NCBI GenBank assembly: GCA_003344405.1
Contig: NOWV01000285.1
Coordinates: 45,369-65,368 of the forward strand
Length of the DNA stretch: 20,000 bases
DNA from: Trichoplax sp. H2
Lineage: Eukaryota
Direction: 5' to 3'
The translations under genes and the position numbers were made by a program. Within the stretch, counting starts at the first letter, position 1, and every line of letters begins with the position of its first letter. Below the pieces are notes generated by a model. The model had not been told where the DNA came from. It saw nothing but the letters and a program-made list of their open reading frames with translations, and searched no databases. Positions 1 to 11,632 of the stretch are shown here, piece by piece.

Positions 1-1170
1 TTAGTAATAATATCTATCATCTCTTAATCATCTGTATTTGCTAAATAGGATTCTTATTACATGACGAAAATAGATATTATTCCACTATGAATGATAAGAA
101 AGAACATAATCTAATATTACCTATAAATAGATAGATCAATAGTAACATAAAAATTGATAATCAAGTTATTGAGTCGATTGGAACAGTATTAAAAAAGGAG
201 AAATATGTTAGATATCGGTAATCCAATCTATTACTAAATTAATTAGAGATTGCATAGCTACATTGCTCATTAATATTTGTAGCCATGAATAACCAAGATT
301 CTTTAATTAAGTGAATCAAAATGTTTAAATAATATTCAATATGATGATTAAGTTATTGCCAGCTGTAATTAAATAGCAGTCAACAATTTACTAATCACAT
401 CAATTTTCATATAAGTATTGTAACGGTAGTAACTTAATGTGGGGTAATATTACCAATGATAGAAAGGAATCTAAATTGCTGGGATTCTAGAAACTGTTAT
501 CATTCAACACTGCATCATTGAATGATTATAATTAGGATTATTGACAATTTGATAGGTTAATATTAGTGAGGCCTGTCTTGTTGTCTTATTGGCAAGTTTA
601 TTTAGTTATGTCGGCATGTTTTTTTCTTCTCTTTCTGTCTTTATTGATATAGTGCATATCATTATGTATACAAGTATGAGACAGTTGAAGACAATCAATT
701 ATTCCATGAGTATACAGACATGCAATGATTAATTAACTCCTATTATTAACTTGATCAATCGTCTTCTTTCAACAAAACTTGAATTAGACCGCCTAGTATT
801 CATTTCTAAATAATTACATTAACCAAAGTGGAATAAATATGTGTAGACCAAAAATTTTTAAAATGATAGATTCGATTAAATTATCAATTTGACGTAAACG
901 CACACATTACATTTATTTTTTATTTAATCTCAACAAGCTTACGAATTACTCAACGTGGCAGCGTCGTAGATCTTACAGTATCCGCCATTTCTAAAAGTTG
1001 ATTTATCTTAATTCTAATACTAGTATAGTAAGGTATAAATTTGCATATCATCATGAATCACCTTTTCTTTTTTTCGTTCTCTCCTTGCCTCTGTTAATCA
1101 AGTCTTCATCATATTGAACTAGTATACTTTCTAATTTGGAAGACTATTTGTTTATCTAAGAACATAAGGC

Positions 1171-1290
1171 CTTTTCCCTTCTATTCTTTACCCCCTCCTA
1201 CTCGTTGCCTCCTCCTCCTTCTCTCCATCCCCTTCTCTCATACTCAGATTCACTTCTATAACTTACTTCTTCTCGCCTCTTCTCACATCT
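1171..1290 (+). other. Pyrimidine-rich (C/T) low-complexity tract
   Basis: About 120 nt strongly C/T-biased (cttttcccttctattctttaccccctcc...cctcctcctccttctctccatccccttctctc), unlike the AT-rich background. Confidence 0.75.
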
Positions 1291-4200
1291 TATAGAATTA
1301 CGATATTGTCATGCAGAGACAATAGGTAAACAACTTTATTACATAAGGTCATCGCAATAAATCGAACTAATTGAATTAAATTGAATTGTAATCGCTTTTT
1401 ACTATTAGCTGGTTCAGGTAAATAACAAAAAATATTATTGATCAAGTCGTACCATTAATCCAATTTATTATCACCCAAATCATCTAAAAAAATAAAAATG
1501 GAATCCTTTGACATCGCGATTTAGACCATAGAATATTAGGAATAAAATAATAAAAATAAGATTAGAGGTGGAAAATTGGAAATAACCATCAGTATCACTG
1601 ATGCCGCAGTACGGTAGATATTTCAATAATCGATCATAATAATAGATGATTTCTAATATCAAGAATTAAAGTGTTATTCCAATAATCGACTGCCAAACCA
1701 GGGAAATAATGGTCCAGAAGACAAATTCAGAATATATATAAAACTATTTTGACTGGTTAAAGTTGATGTAAAAGATTAGAGTTAGCGTTATGCTGTTGCA
1801 GAAGCGATCTCATTTTCAACGGCGATCACTGATCACTAATAATATCTAAAATTTTAAGTTTTATATTTCATCTATATGATATGAAAAATTTAATTGCACC
1901 TCACTCAATGATCATCCCTATTGTAACTAACAAATAATATTATTTACTTGTATACAATAATATAATAATTTCTAATAACCTGACAAAAATGATTGATGTT
2001 GAAATACATACTGAATTTTTAATGAAATAAGGATAAAATTTCATCATGCCTTTATTAAGTGAATCTAAAAAGAAATACTAACAAACGTAGAAGCAGTCAT
2101 ATCGAAAAATATAACCGTAAATAATGCAGTTCGAGCAAGTGAGCATGCGAAAAGCTATGATTAGTCAATGATATTACAAATTATTCAAATTGGAATAAAT
2201 GTAATAAAGAATAAATTACTATAAATTGTAAACATATAAATATATATGTAAATTCTAGGAAATTTGATAACATCATTACTAAAATCATCAGAGCAATAGA
2301 ACAACGGAACTAGTATTTTCAATTGCAGTAAATCAAGTCGATTAATAAAAGCTACGTTAATATGACTTTGTAATAATAATATTTTTAAAATTATGTAATT
2401 AAGAACGCATGTATTAGGAAGAGTGTTATCATTAATATTTCAATGTTGGTGGTAATTTCGGTTTTGTTGTCATTTAAACTATTTGTTCACTTCTGCTATA
2501 GTTTCATTATCAGTATTAATGTTATAGTAATAAATGAAATCTGCTTATCAAATAGATAACAACAACGGATAATCATAACCAGGAAAAACAAAAATAGTCT
2601 AGCGAACAAACCTTATGATAAAGTTATAGTATTATATTTTTTAAAGTTATTGTTATAATACATTATCAGTAAATTCTATACAAACTTGGGTAAAATCTCA
2701 TTACTTAAACGAATATTCTAAACATAAAAACGTAACCACAATAATAGATGATAGTTTATAATATATATTTGACATAATAATAGATTTATAATTACAGTTA
2801 GACACCAAAAGGGTCATTTGAGAATTAGTAGTTTTAGTATTAACTACTGTATGTGCAGTCACAATGTAATAGTACTAACTATATTCATTTTCTATTATTA
2901 TATGTTAAGTAAGCTATACGTATTATCTTCAATGTAAGTAGTTTTTACTTTAAATTTGTATGCTGAATTGGTACTGAAAAAGCTAAAAATATTCAAAAAA
3001 GAAACAATAAATGATAAAGGATAAATAATATAATAAACCATCGATATCCAGTTGGGAAAAATTAGTCAATCAACTTGAATAATAATGCTAGCAGTAAAGA
3101 TATTAATTAAAGAATTTTCGTAAAGCATAAGATTTAGAACTGTACATTTCGACTGAACGACGATGAAGCATTTACATATTTAGTAAACTATATGAATTAA
3201 ATAGGCATGCAAATAAATATCTATTCGTCAAGCATATTGTGATATTATGATAACATCATTCTTATATATTCCGTATTTCTCAATAAAGTAATTTGAGGGA
3301 TAGGAATGAAATTTTAAATAAATAACGTTATATTTAGCTTAATTGATAGTATAATTAATATAGATCATTAAAATTATAATACTATTGATAATCTGGTTAT
3401 AGATCGAGCAATTGACGTATTTCAAATACTCTATTTCTAGTCAGTAGAGTTAGTGTTGCGCTTATTTAAAACCATCTAATGTTAGTAATATTTTAGAAAG
3501 TTTCTAAGGTTGAAGGCTATCAATAATGTAATTTAAGCAAATTAAATGCATTGTTTTTTCCAATCAAGGTAGCTTTTTCGTTATGATATAATCTAACTTG
3601 AACTATAACAACAATGACTACCTTCGACGTATACGAAAAGGTTTCATACTGCCGTACAGCCCAAAGAATTAGCTTAAGATTAAAGTTTGAAAGATTGTAC
3701 GAATACAGGTCAAGCTATTCGTTGGATTGTAAAATTGTGCATAATCCTGTAACCAGTCATATATAAATCGTACATAAATGATTGAAAGCAATTAGCTCTT
3801 GGTGCTGTTAGACGAACCAATTTTATGTAATAAAGTGAACATTTACAAGAAATAGCAGTTCTTGCTACAATATTTTGAATACACTTTATCCAACATACCC
3901 ACATATACTTAGAAATATTTAAAAGTCTAATTAAAAATATTACTAGAAATACCAAATAGTGTAAACATATATAGCGAAGGGATGATGTCTATAATTATGA
4001 TAACTATATTGATGACTGCTATATTATTTGTTTATAACCGCTGATCAGCCTCTACAGTTTTGTATGAATCCAACCTGTATAATTGTGTAAGGATGCGAGA
4101 TGTGCGTATGCGAATCTATCAAATATGCTGTTTAATAATTTCTACTAGTAAATATGTAATATTAAAATGAACAGAAAATAACCCAGTGATGCAGTTTTAA

Positions 4201-7088
4201 TCTAGTAGTAAAGATGCGAAAGTTACTTGCATAGTAAATTGATAGAGTATATATTTGATGTAGAAACATACGTTCTTTGAGTTTGTGATCGATGAAAGTA
4301 AATTATATGTACGGTACAGCAGATCATCTACAATTCTACATCTCCTATGGGAATAATTTAAGACATAGATAACTTTGTTTTATATAATGAAATCTATATC
4401 AGGTCTACCTTTCCTTCATAAATTGATACTAAATTATACCACTAACAGATACAATTAGATGACATCAGAGGATAATATTACCACATAATATTATTTTTTG
4501 GTATCAACCTGGAGCGGGTTACTTTATAAGGTTGACAATACTTGCTATTCTTTCTTCCTTTTAGTGCAATTTAATATATTCTAGAAAACCTAAAATTAAA
4601 TTATTACTTGCTAGGTTATAATCACAGGTATCATACATAATTAGATTATATTCATTCCAGTAAATTACAATCAATCTTTAATTATAACTGCTGTTCAATA
4701 CGCCTATGTCAAATAGTATTTCAGAAAAAGATAAGAGCCAGAGAATTCGAAAACTTTAATGAATCAATTTACTTTTTGGTAATTTACAATAACACCTCAG
4801 TTGCTGGTAAATGAAGATTATATAAAAATTGTTTAAACTGTAACCAGCTTGAATAATTTGGTAGTGATTTTCGGCCAGAAAGTAATTATTTATCGTTACA
4901 AACGAAGGCTGATAGCGAGTCACAAATTTGTTTCATTTTTTATCATATTTACCATGATAACTTTATAAGAAATTCATAAATTAATTATTAATTTCACGCA
5001 TTGATAATTTCAACCTAATGATACCTCATTGCAATTGATATCGATTATTCTTGGCAACAACCATGATAATTTAATTCAGATAGTTTTATAGTATCATAAA
5101 TCTCTAAATAACTCTCTTTTAGCACTATTGCTTTCATATCAGGCGTAACTTTCTACGTCAGTTCTGATTAATTATCATTTTAAAATCAGGAACATCGATC
5201 ACTGTATTACATGATGCTTTCACATCGACTAATCAATCATCTCTTGAAGCTATATCCATATTGATATTTAAATTCAAAAAAGTCTTTCAGTACGATAATA
5301 TCTTACAATAGCTGCTTAATATAGTTGTAAATTTCTTTTGCACTACATGATTCTCCACTACTCTGGAATATGTTTTCTTCATAACAATTACTTTTAATCA
5401 TCTATCTGATACAACTATTTGTGACAAAAAACCTTAATTCAAAATGTAGATAAAGTTTTGAAGAAAAGCAATTTAGGTATCGTGCTATAGTAACTCTTTC
5501 CGCAAAATCTATTAAAAAAAGGTTAATTGTTTAGCAATTTTATTAATTAATGACAGCGAAATGTAACTGCTTCTAAGAAATTTATCATTGTTTTTATTAA
5601 TATTTATATACCTTGAAAAGCCTTTTTAATATTAAAAGCTCTTCCCAAGGGTATTTTCATAAATTGAGATTTGCTTAAAAGAGAGAAATAGTAAAGTATA
5701 TAGTAGCTACACAGCATTATTAGGTCTCCTAGTAATATATTTCCTTCGCAGAATAGTCCGATAAAGATACACTCATATGGTATGATTAAAAATATGGATG
5801 CAATATACAATAGCTAGTAGTGAATAAAATTCAATCAACCTAAATTCCTATCATTTGACTCAATTCTTTAGTATTGGAATGGGTTAGTTCCCTTATAGGA
5901 ACGTCCCGAAGTTAGTCGGAGATTAAGTAGGGTAGATAGACTAGTTTAGGTCCGATCACGAAAGCTATTTTGTGACACTACCTGTCACAGCGTAAATTAT
6001 TCACTGTAACTAATTTTTTTATGAAACATTCAGTGCTATAGTAAGATATTGAATTTATTATGATAGGTGTTTAGATGCAGTTTATTGCAACGTTGTATAT
6101 CTGGAAAAGTGCATGAAGTGTGCTTAATTCTTGTGTTATTGTTTACGATAAAATTATTATGCATGTAGGTTCTCTTATAAACTTTGCTATAGTTTCTGAA
6201 TTTGTATCAGAATAATATTATGATTATCGAAGCCTCATTTTCAATCTTCATGCTGTTGTCAGACTCCGATTGACCTTGGCCAACCACACATAGCTGTATC
6301 GCGTTATGTACGATATTCGTGTTAGTGCAAGAAAATGTATATAAAGCTTGTATGCATTAATAATAAAATTACATGTAGATCATGAGTTGATAAGGAATTC
6401 TACTAGATCGGCCCTAGTGAAGAACTGGCTAGTTGAGTTGTTTCTTATCGATACTGTTCCAAGTGTGGTTCAGAGAGTACGACAATTTTGGATCTAGTGG
6501 TCCTTTTTGTTACAAAGAGCTTATTGCAACACTGCCCTATTGTAGGGTCTCATTATTTAATAGAACATGTAAAAAACGCTTCGTAAATGCTACTAGGGAA
6601 TTCTAACTCGGCTTTGAAGGTCAGTATTCAGTATAGTATGGCTGTATAATATACTGTGGTGTGATGTAGTACAATGTAATGTGCAGCAAATGGCACTGTA
6701 TTCGCATTAATGTACGCTAGCTGGATAGCATATTAACAAGATTTTCTGTTATTATTATGTAATATATAGAAAGAGATTGTACCTGAGTTAATCCTATAGT
6801 TTTTAAACAGTTATAGAGTTAAAATTTCGACACGAAAGTAGCCTTAATTTGATCAATATAACTCAAATTGGGATTCTTTTGATTTAAATCATTTCCACAG
6901 TAAGAAACTAAATAAATCTATGCCATATATAACTCCATTTAATAACAAAATACTGATAAAGTGCAATAAAATGATATTTGAATATTGTATGACTTGCTGC
7001 GAATGTGTATTTGCTGAATTTTGAACTAAATTTACTGAATATAATTTAGCTAATTTAAATACAATTCTGTAGTAAATGGATCAGTTGT

Positions 7089-8786
7089 TCAGAATAAATG
7101 CTGTTCTATGGTATAAGTAGAAATATATCCACATTCGTTCTATAACTTTTGAAATATTTATAGTTACTATCCTCTAATACGAGTAGATACAACTTAATTG
7201 TTATCATCCAATTGTTTTATTGACTTATTTAAAAATTGAATAAACTTGTACTAGATCTTGTGCAATAAATTTTGACTTGATTTAAGAATTAGTACTGGTA
7301 CAGAAAAGTGAAGCTCTTTGAAATAATAATGTGCTGTACAGATACTATTTACAGGATTTTGAGTTAAATTCATGTAATAAAGCTTATTCAACTTGAACAC
7401 ATTTCTTCAATAAATACGTCGATTGTGTGTGTAATAGACAGTATGTTGCACGTAGAGAGCAAATAATAACGAATTACATGGATCTGAAATTTTCACTCTC
7501 TCAATTGAACTTAAATACTGAATTTTAATTCAATCTGATATAAGTAGATTGACTGCATATGAACTTATGCAATACGGTATCTCTAAAAAAAATATTCACT
7601 ATCAATAACAACTTATTTATCATTTATGCTAGTCATATCATACGTAGCATGTTTACATCTGGACTAAATTAGAACAATGTAATCCCGATTTTACCATATA
7701 ACGGAAAATATCCTTAAAAGCATATTAATAGATAGAGAATTATATTTGCTTATTCGGATTATTCACTCAATAGCTGCGTCAGTTTGAGAGATAATTATAA
7801 TCTGCAATTGACATAATCCTCTTAAACTGAAAGATGGATATAACAAAGCGACTTATTGCAAAAATAAATACGCTTAGACATATAAATTATAGGTGCCAAA
7901 CTGCAAGAGAAATAACAGCAGCTATCATTAAAAGCAAATATATTAGTTGTAGTAAACAACGTACATAAGTGATAAAGTTAGAACTATCTTAATGAAATTT
8001 ATGTAATTATACGTTAATCCAACTGTGAATGACATGCGCTATTGTAAATGCTTGAAGTTTACAGTATCAATTCTTTTCATTTGATATGAGAAATAACAGA
8101 TTAAGTATCAGTCAATGATCAAGTAAGACTTAGTAATTGCTTATATTTAATTGCATTGACAGCATAAACAGCTTTTAGTCTTTATTTAAATTACTTTATA
8201 NNNNNNNNNNNNNNNNNNNNTCAGAATAAATGCTGTTCTATGGTATAAGTAGAACTATATCCACATTCGTTCTATAACTTTTGAAATATTTATAGTTACT
8301 ATCCTCTAATACGAGTAGATACAACTTAATTGTTATCATCCAATTGTTGTATTGACTTATTTAAAAATTGAATAAACTTGTACTAGATCTTGTACAATAA
8401 ATTTTGACTTGATTTAAGAATTAGTACTGGTACAGAAAAGTGAAGCTCTTTGAAATAATAATGTGCTGTACAGATACTATTTACAACTGCAAGAGAAATA
8501 ACAGCAGCTATCATTAAAAGCAAATATATTAGTTGCAGTAAACAACGTACATAAGTGATTAAGTTAGAACTATCTTAATGAAATTTATGTAATTATACGT
8601 CAATCCAACTGTGAATGGCATGCGCTATTGTAAATGCTTGAAGTTTACAGTATCAATTCTTTTCATTTGATATGAGAAATAACAGATTAAGTATCAGTCA
8701 ATGATCAAGTAAGACTTAGTAATTGCTTATATTTAATTGCATTGACAGCATAAACAGCTTTTAGTCTTTATTTAAATTACTTTATA
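7089..8786. repeat. Near-identical duplication across the assembly gap (probable uncollapsed haplotypes)
   Basis: 8221-8485 matches 7089-7353 (3 mismatches) and 8486-8786 matches 7900-8200 (4 mismatches). Segment 7354-7899 is absent from the second copy. Confidence 0.95.
8201..8220. other. Assembly gap (20 N)
   Basis: Run of 20 n in the sequence. Confidence 1.
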
Positions 8787-11411
8787 TAGACATAAAAAGA
8801 TCGAAACTTTTAAGTTCAGCAAATACGTTTCATAAAATATTCAATAGCGCCATATTACGTCATTACTCAGATATGAGAATGTCTAAATTTACTATTCAAT
8901 TAAATTAAGGTATTAAACATTCAGCATCCTAAGGAGATTTTGAGTAATTTGATTAGGATATACGCGTAAAAGCTATGCATGCTCAAGTTATCAGCTTGAT
9001 ACACTTATTGTGTACACATATTAATTGAAAATCGCCTTATTTATCAATATCACACTTCGGATCATTGCTTGATGTATATTAGTTTTATATCAAACTATGA
9101 TTGATTGATTACTTAAAAAATTATCTTGACATATTCTTATTTATTTATTGAATGACTTATTTAACTGCATTCGAACAACGGTTATAATCTTAGATCTATA
9201 GCCAAAAAAAGAATACACAAACATTAATATACAATATTGCATCATCAATAAGAAGAATAGGGCGCAATTTCTATTTTAACGATGAGTCATGGAAAAAACT
9301 TTTAGTATTTATTTTCACGTATTGAAGGTTTATCTGTAACGCCCACTGTAATTAATTACTAGGATACCCACTTAAATTAATTCTAATAAACTGTACCGAT
9401 ATTATATCAAAAGATTGGCCTATTCTAAAGATTGAATATGGGTATAATCTATTTATGACGCTTCAATCCTTTCCAGGGTATCCTGAATTCACAAATTTTA
9501 TACGATTATTAGATTACAGTTGAAATACTTGACTATATTTTGAACTTAAAAATTAAATATCCTCCGTTTATGATATTTGATCCTTTCTTTAGATTATAAT
9601 ATTATCTTGTAAAAGCCTGGCCTTTATGTTTTAGATTAGCAGTAAAAGTTCTTTCGCTTATTCCAACTTCCAAGGATAAAACTTTATACGATAATTGTAT
9701 ATATGACGCTTATACTATTTTTAGAATCTCAGAAGAGCAAGTCCCACATACTCATTAGATTAAATTTTAAAATATTCACCCATTCCTAGGAATTGGATTT
9801 AATTATCTCCAATTGTGATATTTAAGTCGTTCCTAGATCACCCTGAGGGCAAATTCTATACAACTTTATTGCATTAAAAATAAAAACAAAAATGCTCTAG
9901 TTCTAGGAACTGAATTTAATGATCTAAATTAGGTTCAAATTATCTCTAAAATGTTTTAAACAGTAAGCTTTGATACGTATACTTATTATATAAAGGTAAA
10001 ATATTTACATATTACAAAATAATTGAATTTAAGAATTGTATGTCATATTGAGGTATCACTAAAGAACTTTAGACCAATGTATTTTATGTGCTTATTCGAT
10101 TAAGAGTATTAAGGATTTTAAAATATTATTGAAAATTATCAGATTCATTGCCTTACTTCATTCTTTTGTTTATTAAAACGAAATTCGGTGTGTACAACAA
10201 GTGTAATTAGCTTCTATACCAGTTTTAAAGCCCGTCAAATCCTCGACTGTGCTTTTCGATATAATCTAAGACAGTACGGTAAAATCTTAACATAAGGGAA
10301 AAATGGAATCCATCATTCAAAATCAAGCCAGATCGTAATAAGCTATCAAATAAGTCGGAGCTTATATTAATAGGCTATAACAAAGAGTAAGGCAACATCA
10401 AGGGCCTAATACTAGAATATCACTGCGATGGGTAGTTTATTGCTATCCAGCAATATTTAGAGCTTTCGCAATATCTAGAAATTTGTCATCGTATATACGA
10501 TAAATTATAATTATTTACAAATGCACAAGCCTTGTTATTGAAGCAAAAGCTGATGTTTCATCAGACTAAACCAATAAAAGCTATAATATTGTAAACTAGT
10601 AGTAGCGCAATTAGTTATTAGCAAGGATTTTGTTGGATTTCAGTCCGGAAGAACTATACAACTTAAGGAAGACCAGTTTTGAGTAAAGATCTTAAAGCCT
10701 ACAACTGCGGCCACCAATGTGGTTCTCTTTCAAACTTTTACTGTTTTATTATCGTCATTTGCAAGATGCTACAATGTATATACAAATCTACCCAGATAAA
10801 TAAAAGTAACGATCATTAACTTGAAATCTTGGTAGATCAACACTATCAAATATTACATAATTAAATTATTGGGACTATAATAATTATCTATTAGCTTGGT
10901 AATGATAATACTTGGCGACTAAAATAGCTACCTTTTTATATATTAGTCTAGCCAAGTTTACTTTAAGTTTACAGATACTATCATCATTATTAAATCGGTT
11001 TCGGCGTAAATTGTTGTACATTGAAAGACTTGTTAAATATATTGTTATGAAAATAGCATTTGGTTGTACAAAGAATTTATAACCTTAGGTTAGCGAACAT
11101 AATTGAACTACCAGTGTAGACTATAGTAACGTTGTTCATTCGAAGCGCTATATATAATTATTAAAATTTCAATATGTCTTAATAGTAGATCGCCGAACGA
11201 GACATTATACATATAGGCATTAATCCATTGACCAATATCATCTAATGTATTCTTCGTGACTAGAGAGCAGTGAGTCAGATTAAATGCCCAATAAACTATT
11301 AGACTTCATAATTTCATAAATATACTAATGATATGCTATTATATCATTAAGTCCATAATGAATGTATCGGCGAATTGTCACTAGTAAAGCGATACATAAT
11401 CGAACACTTAA

Positions 11412-11417
11412 TTTATT
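11412..11417 (-). promoter_or_regulatory. Candidate polyadenylation signal AATAAA of COG1
   Basis: tttatt on the + strand, about 93 nt past the predicted stop. The hexamer is common in AT-rich DNA. Confidence 0.4.
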
Positions 11418-11509
11418 GTAGTCCTACATCCATAGATATTTACGAATGTGACAAATCTGATCTCATCATGTGGGTTTGTAATGCTTAGTTGCTTGCAGAA
11501 ATTGTCTTC

Positions 11510-11632
11510 CTATCCAGTGTTTGTATCGTCGTCGTCAAAAATACCATAACTAGCTAATAATTCAACACGCTTAAATAAATTAGCTGTGGCTTCAGGTATT
11601 CCATGGGCCTCTGCTATACCAGTGGAAGGTGG
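11510..11632 (-). CDS. COG1: Probable terminal COG1 exon (PPSTGIAEAHGIPEATANLFKRVELLASYGIFDDDDTNTG*)
   Basis: Acceptor TTTTCATAG, phase 0 matching the donor after 12055, open frame to TAG, and AATAAA about 93 nt downstream. This region is poorly conserved, so extra small exons in 11633-12054 cannot be excluded. Confidence 0.6.
   Translation of the reverse strand, partial: PPSTGIAEAHGIPEATANLFKRVELLASYGIFDDDDTNTG

Noticed and set aside
1480..5810. ORFs 1480-1662, 3710-3955 and 5604-5810, plus a 50-aa + ORF from ~3614
   Set aside because: They are short, mostly have non-ATG starts and I/F/Y/L-rich composition typical of random AT-rich DNA, and show no recognisable family.
5971..5989. TGTGACA-ctacc-TGTCACA inverted repeat
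   Set aside because: A 7-bp stem is expected by chance in 20 kb, and there is no supporting context.
7354..7899. The indel segment as a transposon insertion
   Set aside because: I see no terminal inverted repeats, target-site duplication, poly(A) tail or ORF.
9450..9715. Short recurring words (atgacgctt, tttatacga) suggesting a decayed repeat
   Set aside because: The matches are short, not colinear and compatible with chance in AT-rich DNA.
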